Positions 26,958 through 41,080 of a DNA stretch of 64,000 nt are shown one piece after another. Source of the DNA: Eledone cirrhosa (Eukaryota); NCBI GenBank assembly GCA_964016885.1, contig OZ024742.1, positions 257,486,001 through 257,550,000 on the forward strand, written 5' to 3'. A program made the position numbers and the translations under genes. Each line of letters starts with the position of its first letter. The first letter of the stretch is position 1. Below the pieces are notes generated by a model. That model searched no databases. It saw only the letters and a program-made list of their open reading frames with translations, and was not told the DNA's origin.

Positions 26958-29084
26958 TGTGTGTGCAAACGTGTGCGTGTTTATATACACACATATATGG
27001 GGGATGCGTGTGTATGTGAGTATTAAATTGGTATAATCTAAAAGTACGAACGTAGATATCTTTGGCAATAACAAAATAAATTTTAGGACCTTTCATCTAT
27101 CTTTTCCAATTCTTCGTGCCAGTTTACTTTCATTGTTACAAATTATCTTAGAATTTGTATATACAACAAACTATTTGGCATACTTATTATTTCAAACAAA
27201 ACCACCACAACCACAATCAACAATATCCCAACAGAAAACAAAGCAATTTTCTCTCTTTATTCTGATATTTCGTACATTTTATTTTATATTTTTCTCCGCA
27301 GACACTAAAATCACTTTTTTTTTATTCAACACAGTCTATACTCTAATGCTCAGTTGTATTGGCTCGTCTCATCGCCCAATTATTTCTGATTTTATTTGAT
27401 TTTCTTTTGTCTATATTTTTGTTTTATTTTATTATATTATAGTTTTCTTTATATTTTATGTTATTTTATTTTCAATGCCTGTTCAGCAATACATTTAAAT
27501 TGCATTATTTTCCTCACATGTTTTTTTCGCTATATAATTTGTAAGCGAGCCAACAGTATCGTATCCCCCCATAAACACCAATATGAAATACTAACCTTAT
27601 TTATTTAGATACAAATGAAATAAATTGCAGCTTCATTTCATGTTTTAGTGGGTTGTGTAATCACCATATATTATTTGTATTGTATATATATATATAACTT
27701 AATATGTTTGTCCTAACATAATATACTTTTACGTTTTTCATCACTTGTATTTCATAAATATATTGCAAGAACAAATATTTTCCAATGAGCCATGCTCTCA
27801 ATCTTAATGAGAATTTTTCTTCAAAATGGATGGATTATTAGCCTCCATATTCGAATATTTCTAGAGGCAATGTGTCATGAAGACTTTAATATGAACAGTT
27901 TGTATTACCTGTTTTAATATGCGGCTATAATATAATCTTCCTTTTCAAAATGCTGAAACTAAGATTAAAAAGAATTCTTATCATATTCAATCATAAAACA
28001 CTCATAGATTATTCGATTCCAAAACATCTTGGTTCTCGGCTGAAGTGAATAATGATGCCAAGAGCGTTGGCAAAGCTCTGACGAACGGCATTGTTGAACT
28101 GCATATGAAATAATCTTCCATCGAATTCATATATTGCACCTCAATAAAGAATTGGAGTCACACAACGAATGAATGAGACCATTTTGAATGAGTAATGACA
28201 TTCTCTTATGAATGCTGACAGCTTACAGGATCAAACGACATGTGGCTAGTCGGGTCGGATATGTCGTCCAAATTAAGGTTTGCATCTACTCTAACAAATC
28301 TTCTCAGATTTTTTGACGCATTGCTTTGGACAGTGAAATATCAAATATGTTGTAAGGAATACATTTTTATCTTTGTGTTACCGTTTCATTTGTGATAATG
28401 TTCATCAAGTGCAGAAAAAATACCAAATATCGAACGATGAAACGCAGTTTCCTTTTTGTGCTGGTCAGCATCAAGACATGTGATGTCATCCATCCTCGGA
28501 ATGCCGTAATGTTTTCTAACAACGGAATAAATGCTTTCCGCCTCTAGATCGTAGCTCCATAGGATAGAATTTCTAATGTAGCAAATATCACTGGTTGTTC
28601 ATTGTGGTAATGATTTATTCATATTGCACGTGTGGTTCATAGTCTACATTTTAGCAAACCACAATTTGTTTATTGATATATTAGATTAGTATTGACGTGT
28701 AAAAAATATAATTCACATTGTATATATGAACACTGTGTTTGCATTGTTATTGTTGATTATTTTATAATAAGATATCCCCTTGGTCTTTTTTTAGAGAAAT
28801 ACATTCATATTATGGTTAGAACTTGAGCGGAGGGCTTTAGAGAAAACATTTAACATGTTGGAATCATATTTCTCTTGATCCGTTCAGTTTCTCATAGTTG
28901 CGATACGATTATGTGTAGTGAATGAAATTACAAAGCATGTGAACAGCATGAAAACAGAGAAATATTCAATATATTGGTATAAATAAGGCTATAACTTGAA
29001 TGCAGGCTGTTAGATTAATAAGAATGCTGTGGCAGAGTGGCAACCTATAGTTTTTTTAGTTATGGAAGGATATTAATAAAAGTG

Positions 29085-29780
29085 AGAACTATCAGTAAAC
29101 CACTATCTCTAGAGTACTTTGTATACAGTACTGTCAATACCGGGTATTTATTACAGTACTATGAGTGCAGTACTGTCAGTACAGTAGTATCAGTACAGTA
29201 TAATCAGTACAGTATATTCTGCAGAGAGCTATAAGTGCAGCACTATCAGTAGAGTAATCTCAGTAAACTACTACCAGTACTGTACTGATAGTACAACACT
29301 ATGTGTACAGTACTATTAATACACTACTGTCATTACAGTACTGATAGTACAGTACTATTAATACAGTACTATCACAACTGTACCTATGGTATATGTCTAT
29401 TATGACAGTACTATCTGAACACTATTTTGAGAATTACTATAATTACGGGATTATTATAACATGATTATAAGTAGATTATTATCAGTACCTTATTATCAAT
29501 ACGGAACTATCAGTTCAGTACTGTAAGTATGGGACTATGAGTAGGGGCTTATCAATACATACCTATCAATGCATGCCTCTGATTACGTGGATGTGTATGT
29601 GATTATTACGTGACTATGAGACTGAGCACATGACTATCAATACGTGTGTATGAGGTACAGGATTGGATGTACGAGCTTATGTGTACGGGAATATGTGTAT
29701 CTGCCAATGAGTATGTGATGTGAGTGCGTTACTATTGGTAAGTGACAAATGTATGTAATCAGATGTTGACTATGTGAACG
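29085..29780. repeat. Degenerate ~14-bp minisatellite
   Basis: Variants of AGTACAGTACTATC grade into GTACGTGACTATG-like units. Confidence 0.75.
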
Positions 29781-30331
29781 GGAAGAATTTTAGGATAGAA
29801 TTGATTAGATAAATAGTATCGCTTTTATTTCATTAACGGTTGTTCAATATGGTGTTGGAATTCATATAAAGCTGCTTTTATTCCAAGAAGTGTATAGATA
29901 AAGAAATCTTAATTTCAGTTAAATATCTACCATAGATTAAATGATGTATTCTTTTACATTTTTTTTTTGTTGTATAAGTATAGTAGCATTAAAACCATTA
30001 TACTTTCTGAAATATTAAATTTCAACATGCAATCTATACCAATACGAAACAATTCTTGTAAGATATATACGGCGGTACATTTAGTATTCTTTTATGCTTT
30101 TATTGGTTTAATTCATTAGTAGAATATGATCTTTATGTACAATAGAGATATTAGTAAGGAGAGAAATTCATTGGCATATGTACAAAAATCATTTATCTTA
30201 ATACGTTTACAAACATGCCGAAGTTAAATGTAATATTTTAAATATTCATCAAGTTAAAGATGGAATGAAAAAATATGTTGATGTTGAGATATGAGGTATA
30301 CATCTCAGAAAAAAAAAGATATATATACATA

Positions 30332-30520
30332 TAACTGTTTCTACTTTAGGCACAAGGCCAGCAAATTACCCAGTGCATTACTGGTACTTTATTTTATCGA
30401 CCCCGTAAGGATGAAAGGCAAAGTCAACCTCGGCGGAATTTGAACTCAGATCGTAAAGGGACGTAACTATGCTGGAAAACATGGCATCCGACCCTCTACC
30501 GATACTGCCAATCTACCGCC
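30332..30520 (-). mobile_element. SINE, full length
   Basis: Close copy of 7671-7856. Confidence 0.85.
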
Positions 30521-31402
30521 ATATATATATATATAACATCATGTAAAAACAATAGCAAAATGTTTTATTGAAACTTACATCTGGGAACACTTGTCAATTG
30601 CAAACGATAGATACACAAGAAGTGCGAAATTTACACATGAATTTTCGTAGAATATGCAGATAATAACGTCCATAAAAATAAATATGTAATGAAATTTGCG
30701 CCTCACACATATGCAGGATAAGCTGGCCTCCTATGATGTTGTATCTTAGAGATAGAGAGTAAAAAAAACGAAACGAAATTTGTGACACGAGGAAATCAAC
30801 AAAGGCAGTTTAGAATGACATTTCGTAGAATAAGCCCTTCAGAAGATACTAAAAATAAGTGAAATGAATTGAAATTTGTAGCTCACATATTTGCAGGTTT
30901 AGATGGCCTCCAACCAGGTTGTATTTCATAGAGACAATATAAACACACACGAAAATGAAGCATAGAATAAATGTGTAAATCGCACGAAAAACAAAAAACG
31001 TGAAAAACTTCCACGGCAGTAACGAAATAAAGATAATAAATAATGATTTCGAAAGAAGAATGGAAATCATTCATGATGTAGTGTTTGTGAATAATTCATG
31101 CACGAGAATATTCTTGGTAAATTAATTCTAAATAGTGTTGTGATAGCTATCTGGAAGATATATACTTCTAAAAAGAAGAGGTGACGGATACGGAAAAAAA
31201 TTGATACACCGATAAATAAGTATACTATAATTTACACGAACACAGGGGAAAATAATCTTGACAATGTATTACGTTTACCTTAATGGAAAAATGAGTACGT
31301 AATACTGGAGAAACTGTACAATTTAATATGTAAAAACCATATTTGTATAAATGTGAAACAATAAGATTTAGTATATACAGGTGTACACAACCACACACAC
31401 GC

Positions 31403-31446
<44 letters not shown>

Positions 31447-31465
31447 ATATATATGTATATATATG

Positions 31466-31597
<132 letters not shown>

Positions 31598-31652
31598 CTC
31601 AAGTTATTCAAGTTTATATCCATATGTATCTAGCTATATATATATGTATATA

Positions 31653-32490
31653 AGAGGTGCGTCAGAAAAGTTCCAGGACTGATGTCACAAAATATTTATT
31701 TCAAACCCAAACTTCAAAATAGAAATGTTCTCCTTCAAAGTAATCCCCCTGGCATCTAATGCACTTGTCCATCCTTTTCTGCCACACTTGCATGCACTCC
31801 TGGAAGTATTCTTCCGGGATCTTCCGCAGTTCCGTCGTCACGGACTTTTTGATGTCGTCCACGTCTTCAAAACGGGTCCCCTTCGGGTCGTACTCGAAGG
31901 CCCATGACTCAACACCGGTGATGACTGTCCCTAGCAAGTCTGGTTCGGTTTCAAGACGCTCGAGGATGTCCTGGCACACTTGCATGCGTCGTCGACCCTT
32001 CAGGTCATCATTCAGCAGTGTTGGCACCATCTTTGCGAGACCTTCCGCATGTCGAAATCTTCAGTGAGAATCTTCTAGACGCTGTCCCGATTCATGCCCA
32101 GCGCATTTGCCATCAGTCTAACAGTCAGCCGACGATCGCTACGTACCATCTGCTTGACGCGCCCAACGTTGACCTCAGTCCTGATTGTTTGGGGCGTTCC
32201 GCTCCTGGGAGCATCTTCCACGTCCTCGCGTCCTTCTTTACACCTCTTGCACCACTCAAAAACACGTGATAACGTCTCATCTCCATAAAGCAACCCCAGT
32301 GCTTCTGACGGAGGTTTCAAGTTTGTTCGTTGCTTTATGCCCATTGCTTGTATATAAAATTATGCAGAAAGAAGTTTGATCGCTGCAGAGAGCTAAGATT
32401 ACAGTTACATACTCCAGGGGGATGGCTTTGAAGGAGAAAACTCTTAGTGTGAAGTTTGGGTTTGAAATAAATCTTTTGTCACATCAGTCC
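31653..32490 (-). mobile_element. Internally deleted mariner (Tc1/mariner) transposon
   Basis: Transposase remnants QRTNLK..RVFEWCKRCKEGREDVEDAPRSG.P, DRRLTVR, VP.LL, ITGVESWAFEYDP fused to KGTRFEDV..CIRCQGDYFEG. Inverted repeats GGACTGATGTCACAAAA..CAAACTTCA at ~31677-31716 and ~32450-32490; outer right TIR lost. Confidence 0.92.
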
Positions 32491-32754
32491 GATAAGGATA
32501 AATATATATCAAATATATAAGAACCCTAGCGGAAATATAACTACGTATTATCTTCGCTTTTTCCGTTCATTGCCAGGGAACGTCTTCAAGAACCAACGTA
32601 TCATCTTCCTGTTTTACTTCGGTTGCAACGTTTTTCGAAATATTTACTTCTGCGTTCAACAATTGATTTTTTTAGTTTCAAAAGGGTGAAAGCAGCGATT
32701 CTTTGCTTAAACTTTAATCTGCTATTTCAATATCTCTCTCTCTATATATATATA

Positions 32755-32978
32755 CATCGTATTTTTTGAGTAAAGAAATTTTAGTCTGATAATGGGGTTT
32801 AGAAGCCTCAGATAAATGGAAAACGATGAGTATGTACGTCAATATTTATCTTTTTCCATTTATCTGAGGGTTCTAAACCCCATTATCAGACTAAAATTTC
32901 TTTACTAAAAAAATACGGTGAAAGCTATTCTTTTTTCTAATGTCAAACCTGCTCACTGTTTCAACACATATTTACTTG

Positions 32979-32981
<3 letters not shown>
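32755..32981. mobile_element. Short fold-back element with tail in (TA)n
   Basis: ~32755-32827 inverted to ~32848-32920; ~60 bp unpaired tail. Confidence 0.8.
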
Positions 32982-33017
<36 letters not shown>

Positions 33018-33024
33018 AAAGATG

Positions 33025-33781
33025 AAGCGAAATAAAATGTATCACTCTTAGTACGGCTGTTACTTAAATATAAGTATGTATACGTACATACATATATGTA
33101 TACAGGCGTACAGTAGTATGTATATATATACATACATGCACATATATATATATATATATATATATACGTATGGATTTACCGAACATTTATTATAATGCTC
33201 GGTTTGTTTGTAAACAAAGATCCCGAATTAAGCGGTAGAGTGTTTAGCAACCATCGTTGCCCTTTTGTTCAACAATGACAAAGGAACGATGTACTAGTTT
33301 CAAGCTTATTAGCTATCGTTAGCACCGTATACCTTCCTGCCAGATGATTGAACGTCTTAAAGTATATACTTTCCGTATGCATATTAAATCCATACGTACA
33401 TATATATATATTTGTGTGTGCATGTATGTATATATATACATACTACTGTACGTCTGTATACATATATGTATGTACGTATACATACTTATATTTAAGTAAC
33501 AGCCGTACTAAGTGTAAGAAATGAAATTTCGTTTCATTTTTTCCATTTATCGTTTTCGATGCGCCCGGCCGATTAACTCACTCGATATGCAAATTAGGCT
33601 GCTGCAACGATGGTTGCTAAACACTGTACAGATTAACTCGGGATGCTTGTTTGCAAACAAACCATGCATTATAATAAATGTTCGGTAAATCCATACGTAT
33701 ATATAGATATGTGTGCATGTATGTATATATATATACATACTAATGTATGTCTGTATACATATATGTATGTACGTATACATA

Positions 33782-33785
<4 letters not shown>
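33025..33785. mobile_element. Family C repeat, rearranged and inverted copies, with a G5A hammerhead at 33287-33327 (-)
   Basis: Minus strand CGGTG-CTAACGA-TAGCT AATA AGCTT-GAAACTAGTA-CATCG; homologous to 47735-48598. Confidence 0.75.
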
Positions 33786-33829
<44 letters not shown>

Positions 33830-33830
<1 letters not shown>

Positions 33831-34171
33831 GATATTAACAAATGGAAACTATATTTATAAAACCATATTTATTTCATTATACATATTTCAAGGACACCAA
33901 GTTAAATTATGGTGTGCTTTCATCAGATAAGATATAACATAGATCAGTTTTATAAATAAATATTGACCGATCTATATTATTTCTTATCTGATGAAAGCAC
34001 ACCATAATTTAACTTGGTGTCCTTGAAATATGTATAATGAAATAAATATGGTTTTATAAATATAGTTTCCATTTGTTAATATCGTATTTTTACTCCAAAC
34101 ATTTGTTGAGTGCTTTATATCAGTTATAAAAATATTTGCTTGTTGTACACCAACAATTTAATTAGAACTTT

Positions 34172-34174
<3 letters not shown>
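33830..34174. mobile_element. Fold-back pLTR (family E) with a hammerhead on each strand (33869-33937 -, 33977-34045 +)
   Basis: 33830-33937 inverted to 33977-34084; TTAT-CTGATGA-AAGCACACCA..TGGTGTCCTT-GAA-ATATGTAT-A-ATGA; tail 34085-34174. Confidence 0.85.
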
Positions 34175-34216
<42 letters not shown>

Positions 34217-34225
34217 AGATTCAGA

Positions 34226-34321
34226 ACCCCGACCGCTCAGTTCCTGCCGTTTCGACAGCTACATCTGAAATAAGCCACCAGTATTAGAACGACAGGTATC
34301 TAGCTGAACTTATCAAAGGGT
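34226..34321 (-). ncRNA. Type I hammerhead with U3-A8 core (family F)
   Basis: ACCCT-TTGATAA-GTTCAGCTA..TAGCTGTC-GAAACGGC..GCGGTC-GGGGT; GUC triplet. Confidence 0.65.
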
Positions 34322-34881
34322 ACAGTCCATATATAGGCATGCAGTTAAAGCAAAGTAACGAAACATCTTAAAAGTTTGTTGTTTTTTCTTGTCTTTCACG
34401 GGGAGTGGTCAGAGATCTGGCATGTCATGTATATAGTTTATTACCTTCATAGCGGCGGGGGGGGGGGGGGGCTAAACAGGACAAAATACGTAATACAAAG
34501 GGGAGGTTTATGAAGGTGGACTGACCTGAGGAAGCAAAGCTAGTCAGGCGTTCACGCACTGTATTCAGAAAGATATTATCCTATAAAAGTATTTATAATC
34601 TTCTGAAATGGTATTGTACTAAACTTTAATTCAAAGGGATAAAAAACTAACAAGAGAAAAAATATTATTTCGGCATATATAAGTCGAAGAGCATACCCTA
34701 GAGTATTTATGTTAAGTTTACCTTATCTAACACTTCGCTAAAAAGCCAGGCATCTATATTTTTTTACTAATTAGGCTCCTCACAAAGAAATCTAGTTATC
34801 AGTTATTCTGAAGCCCTGGAATGGCGCATCATACGCCAACTTATTTGTTTTTTTCTTCTATTATATATATATATATATATA

Positions 34882-35074
34882 AACTAGTTCCACAACAGTT
34901 CATTCACCGTTTCCGAGACCAATTATTTCAGCTTAGTCGGATGTTTAGACCAAGCTGTTGATCCGACTAAGGTGAAACAATTGTTCTCGGGAATAGTTAA
35001 TTAACTTCTACCAAACTCGTCCGATGGACTGTGTGCTCTAATACTGCAAATATAACCAGCAAGTTTTCTACGAA
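34882..35074. mobile_element. Short fold-back element carrying an HHR 3' half
   Basis: CCGAGACCAATTATTTCAGCTTAGTCGGAT / ATCCGACTAAGGTGAAACAATTGTTCTCGG plus tail; palindromic ACAATTGT. Confidence 0.65.
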
Positions 35075-35157
35075 TATATATTTATATATATATATATATA
35101 TGAATATATATATAAATATATATATATAAATATATATATATAAATATATATATATAA

Positions 35158-35189
<32 letters not shown>

Positions 35190-35212
35190 GTGCACATGCA
35201 CAGACACAAAAA

Positions 35213-35278
<66 letters not shown>

Positions 35279-36113
35279 CATGTGTGAGTGTGTGTGTGTT
35301 TTTGTGAGTATATATATATAGTTATATATATATACATATATATGCATAAATGAAATTCCGCCCATATTCATTCACACAACAAGGCGTTGAATACGATATT
35401 TCAGACTGAAATATCCATCTAATAACCACGTTTTGATGCGAACATATAAATGCAGTGATACGGCAAATTGATATCTGCTAGTTAATTTCCTTTAACCAGT
35501 ATTCGAATATGTTTGAAAATCCCAATCGTAAGCTGCAGATTTATTTCAGTCTCTATATAGAACATTGCAATTTCATACATGGTTCAGGTGCCTAGCTTCC
35601 TGATAATGTTGTAGACCCATAAAAATAATGTATATGATTCTTAATTTCTTTATATGTTTGAAGTAATATCTAGGGAATGCATATGTATAATATGAGTTAA
35701 TAACTTATTCAAGAGAATAGTTATGTTCTCATCTGAAATATCATGAAAAACAAGAACAACGTTAATAAATTTTACAGAATGCCTAAGCGTGCCATTTGTA
35801 TGTTTCTGGATAAATTACCGAATTGGATTTTGTGTTAGTAGGATTACCTAATAACTATCTCATAACGATTTCATTCTCCAACACAGGGATGTATATATAT
35901 ATAGGTGTCTATTTATTACTTCCATTCGTTTCGTACGAAAACAACTAGTATGTCCTCAGATGTATAGTTAAATTATCTGAACCATGTACATTATTATGTA
36001 TTAGCTCGATACATATTGTCGTACACATCTGAAAAATCTCCCTTTGTTTACTTCAATAATTTTAGATTTATATGGAAATTTACTCCTATTTATAAATATA
36101 CGCATACACACTC

Positions 36114-36189
<76 letters not shown>

Positions 36190-37108
36190 GTGTGTTTGTG
36201 TGTGTACGTATGCGTACGCACACACGCCTAATTAATATAAGGTGTTTATTGCATATATCCGAAATGAAATCCTACCTGTTTTAATACCGAATCTTTGATT
36301 AAATCTATACACTTGTTTCATTTTGAAATAATCTATTGCTACTGTAATCTCATTTAAGGTAATAACGACTTTCACCAGCTAATTCAACGGCTAAATACAA
36401 ATGCTGAAACATGTATATTAACACTTCATATATTACTTAATATGTTATCAGTTTAAATGACACAAATATAATATTCATATCGTGAGAGTAGAGAGATTTA
36501 TGATTAACAATATGGGAAATTTCCCTGTTGTTATGTATGACACAGAGTCAATTGAACATCAATTTGGATCTGATAATCACCTTTGCAGAATTACATTATA
36601 TTCTGATTCCCTAACAGATTATAGAATACCTGGTATATACATCAGTGGAGGCAATGATTCCGAAAGGTTGAGATGTTAGTTTAGAATTCATTTGCTGTCG
36701 AGTACATTCCTGTGGCATAGCATCTAGGGCGTCATTTAAAATGTCCTTCTCTCAGTCCAATCATTATGAGTGAAATTGTCTCAACTCATATTATGTGAAA
36801 ACCTGTATTTTAAAGCTGTACCGTTAATCAAAGATCTGGAGCAATATCTGCCGAAACGGATAGAAGACCATTCTGTTTCGTCATCTCAGTGGTTACTTTT
36901 AATCAACACAGTAAAGTATAACTTAGTATAATATACGTTAACTTCAAATGCATAATAATCTTTCTCATTGAAATAAAATCTATATAAAGTCAATCATGTA
37001 ACATTTAATCTATCAAAACCAGTACCAATGAATAGGAATGAATATTTGCGTCACCCATATAACTTGACACTGTAAGTGCCAATAAACTATACACAAATAT
37101 TTCTCCAT

Positions 37109-37289
37109 GCAGTATCGTTAGAGAGTCGGACGCCATGCATTGCAGCAAAGCATTACGGCCCTTTAGGATCTAAATTCAAATCCCGCCAAGGTTAACTTTG
37201 CCGTTCATCCTTATGGGGTCGATAAAATAAAGTAGCAGTAATATCCTGGGATAATTGCTGGCCTTGTTCCAAAAGTAGAAGCAATTATT
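37109..37289 (+). mobile_element. SINE
   Basis: Plus-strand copy of the same family. Confidence 0.8.
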
Positions 37290-37313
37290 TTCAACTGGTT
37301 TTCATCATTTAAT

Positions 37314-37349
<36 letters not shown>

Positions 37350-37461
37350 TAGTTTTGCGAGGTTTTTTATATGAAATCGTGTGTCGAAAAAAATATTGTT
37401 ATACTTGGGGAGGGTTTATATTGTAATAATATTGCCAGAATTAATAACAGAACACACTCAC

Positions 37462-40167
37462 TGCAGCAGCGCCCACAGTAGTAATAACGGTAACAATACG
37501 AACAACAACAACAATAACCACAGTGGTAATAATGGGAATAATACATGTAGCAACATTAATGATAGACACAACAAAAACAAGAAACATAATAATAGTAACA
37601 ACCACAATGGTAGAAATAACAGTAACAATAACGGTGAGGTAAACAACAATACATGTAGCAATCATAACAATAATAATAATGCTAATGATAGGAACAACAA
37701 CAACCACCATGATAACAATAATAGCAACACACACAACTATGACGATAGATATAATGACAACACCTTAGAGAAACTATTTTTCAACCCAGCTGACAAAACA
37801 TATAAAATGGGTAATATATATCCTACGAGGTTACCCTTTAATAAAAGAGTTTTCATACCACAACAAATAGATGACGAGACAGAGGCACAGTTCACCATAG
37901 CTAGAAATAAGATTAGACAAATAGTAGACAGGTATACTGAGAGACAGAGCAGACCAGAGACCCTACAACTTGGGAGGAAACCTGTAGAAGGGTTGGTTAG
38001 CCTCAAGCAGCGCACAAGGGATGGTGAGGTAGTATGTCTACCCACGGATAAGTCTGGAAGGATGTCAATAGATAGCATGCCGAACTACATCAAAGCTATG
38101 CAACCCCACATCACCAACACGAGCGAAATTGCACAACAAACACACGATGGGAAATAGAAAATCCTCAACGCTCACATGATGATGTGGACTGATAACCTAA
38201 AGCGAAGCAGACGCACTGCCAACAACTTCCAGGCGTCAAACAATGGCATACGACCCTTGAATGGGCTCCGCAAAGACCACAAGACAGTCGACGACCCGAC
38301 AACAGGACCACCAACAAGACCCGTATGCGGAGCTAATATAGCTAGTAACTACAGGATCTCCTACTTCCTCTCAATGGTTATACGCCCCATAATCAAGATG
38401 TCCCCGGATGTATGTGACAGTACAGAGGACCTCCTCAGCAGAATCAGTGAGTGCAACAAAAACAGGAACCTATCCAACTGCATATTAGGCAGCATGGATG
38501 TGGTGTCACTGTACCCATCCATTAACATTGATTTTGCTGTGAAAAAATGTGTGGAGATGATCATTGAGAGTGAGGTGGAGTTCTGCGACGTCGACACAGA
38601 CGAACTGGGCCTCCTACTTAGACTTACCTACGACACTGACTACTTAGACAGCCATGACCTTAGACGTTTCTGTCCTAGTAGACTCATAAGAGGTAGACTC
38701 CCCACCATAATCTCAATGGCAAAAAAGACTCCCATGGGAAGGTGGATTGGGTGGACCAAAGCTATACGGACCGCCCAAAACAATGATCAGGTAATAAAAA
38801 TGGTCGCACATGCAATAGGGGCTAGTATCAAAACTACCCTCAAGGGCCACATATTTAAGTTCAACGAGAAGATCTACACCCAGAATAAAGGCGCAGCCAT
38901 TGGCGTCAGCATAGCTGGTGATGTTGCCAACCTTTTCATGGTATGGTGGGAAAGGAGACTTAAAGATCTCCTTAATGAGAGCTCCATAGACCTCATCATG
39001 TACTCTCGTTATGTAGACGATATCAATATAGTTATAAGAACGTCCCCACTACGGAGCACTAACAAGTCTGATTTAGAACGTAGCACAATGGAAAGCATCC
39101 AGTAGATAGCTAGTTCCATACACCAGAGTATAACTGTAACTATCGACTTCCCTTCCAAACACCCTAACAATAGACTACCTGTATTAGACACAGAACTCTG
39201 GATTAACACTATAGACGAGAGAGCGCAAATTCTCCACTCACACTATGTGAAACCCATGGCCTCCAAATACCTGATACTCAAAAACTCAGCAATGTCCAGT
39301 AGTGCTAAGTTTAATATTCTGATCGCAGATTTGGTACGAGTGATGAAGAATGTGTCCCGCATGTGCGACCCAAAAGAGATGGAAAGTCACATCCAACAAC
39401 TCATCAACCTCATGCAGTTCTCGGGCTATAACCAAAGAGACAGAGTCAGAGTATACGAAGGAGCCATGGAGAAGTATAAGACCCTCATAGAACTGGACAT
39501 GAAAGGAATTTGCCCATTATTCAGGAGCAAATCATGGAATAGCTTAGATAGGGCTAGACATAAGATAGGGAAAGCCACTTCATGGTACGACAACCAGAGA
39601 TACCAGAGTGTCATGTTTGTGGATGCTACCCCTGAGGGGAAATTAGCTAACCAGTGTAGAAAGGCCCTGAGAAAGACCCACTTAAAAATTAAGGTGGTAG
39701 AAAAGCCAGGAACCACAATAAAATCCCTGATCAGCAAAACCTACCCTTTTAAGAAAACCCACTGTACCAATAGGAAATGTATCATATGTAAGGTAAACCC
39801 CCGGATAAACTGTAAAACTAGAAACGTAGTCTATAGCATAAGATGTACATAGGGTACCTGAAGAAACATGACAACAACATACAAAGGTGAGACAGCTCGT
39901 AGCATAGGTGAAAGGATTGACCAACACTGGGGGGAACTAAAAGGACGAAAAAACAGGTCAGTACTATACGAACATGCCAGACAACAAGATGACGGTAACA
40001 TAGACAACATAGAAATTAGAATAATAACTGAACATAGAAATGACCCAGCAGATAGGCAAATCAGAGAGGCCAGTGAAATAGAAATTACAAGACCAAAACT
40101 AAACAGAAAGAATGAATGGAATAACAACAACACCCAAACAAACAACACTGACCTAAGAGAAATATAA
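37462..40167 (+). pseudogene. PLE reverse transcriptase + GIY-YIG endonuclease polyprotein, 4 in-frame stops, no evident frameshift
   Basis: The four ORF-track pieces share one frame: Asn-rich N-terminus, PTDKSG, GLRKDHK, RPVCG, SMDVVSLYPSI, QNKGAAIG..ANLFM, RYVDDI, LPVLD, HYVKP, C-x4-C-x2-C, NVVYSIRC..YKGETARSIGERIDQH. Stops at 38155, 39103, 39850 and 39859. Confidence 0.95.
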
Positions 40168-40433
40168 ATAAGTAAATAAAGTAAATAAAATAAAATAAAA
40201 TAAATAAATAAATAAATACATACACAAGAACAATAACAACAAACACATAAACACACATTAGTCACCCAATCACGAACACACATCACACATCAAACAAAAC
40301 ACTATACACACACGCAAACGCATGCGCATAGAAGACAAAATAAAATAAACAAACAAGCAAATAAATAAATAAATATATATACAGACTGAATAAAAATGGC
40401 GTAGCCATACAATTCAACGGGAGGAAACAATAG

Positions 40434-40477
40434 AACCACTGACGATGTTGCAGATGTGCAACGAAAGATTTATGATA
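40434..40477 (+). ncRNA. Minimal hammerhead in the 3' pLTR
   Basis: ACCA-CTGACGA-T-GTTGCA GATG TGCAAC-GAAAGATTTA-TGAT. Stem II covaries with GTCGCA/TGTGAC (~17770) and GTCACA/TGTGAC (12066). Confidence 0.8.
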
Positions 40478-40775
40478 AACTATATATATGTGTTTGTGTC
40501 TATATTGTATCTGTATTATTTTTGACCGTCGGTCAGTCAATGGCAACATTGAGGACCGAGTAAGTTAGATTACCGATATAAAAGACACAAAAGCGACAAG
40601 CGAAAACCAACCAAACAGTAAGTGTGTTTTGTTATTAATTCTGGCAATATTATTACAATATGACCCTCCCCAAGTATAACTATATATTTATTTATAACGT
40701 TACTATTGGTTCACAAAAGTGAGCACTCGAGACACAAAGTATGTACTTTGGGGCTGAAGTAAGCAGGTTGTAATA

Positions 40776-40964
40776 ATAATTGTTTCTACTTTTGGCACAA
40801 GGCCAGCAATTAAACCAGTGAATTACTGGTACTTTATTTTATCGAAATGGTAAGGATGAAATGCAAATTTAACCTCGGCGGGTTTGAACTCAGATTGAAA
40901 AGGGCCGTAACTCAATGCGCCAAAGCATGGCGTCCGACCCTCTACCGATACGGCTAATCCACCG
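40776..40964 (-). mobile_element. SINE
   Basis: Same family as 7671-7856. Confidence 0.8.
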
Positions 40965-40990
40965 AGGTGTCAAATATTCATTGTTTATTC

Positions 40991-41080
40991 AGGTGTGACG
41001 CGTCTTTCGCGTTTGTTAATCTCAACTTTCGTTGTCTAACGATCGGGCACGACTCTGATACAAAAGCTCATCAGACTTCT
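40991..41080 (-). ncRNA. Hammerhead-like motif at the end of a PLE-like remnant (~40975-42000)
   Basis: GT-CTGATGA-GC TTTTGT..ACAAA C GC-GAAA-GACGC-GTC-AC; short stem I. Confidence 0.6.

Larger units (their letters stand above)
37345..40682 (+). mobile_element. Near full-length Penelope-like retrotransposon (Neptune-like Cys-rich linker)
   Basis: Inverted pLTR end 37345-37462; long ORF remnant; 3' pLTR ~40170-40682 with a hammerhead; TA-rich flanks. Confidence 0.95.

Noticed and set aside
33977-34045. Apparent extra-U or non-canonical core in family E hammerheads
   Set aside because: Re-registering stem III as ATATGTAT (ATGCGCAT at 57233) gives a canonical AUA site and a proper stem I.
39859-39861. 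TGA at a conserved Cys position as selenocysteine
   Set aside because: Sister copies have TGC/TGT and this copy has three other TAG stops; a single substitution explains it.
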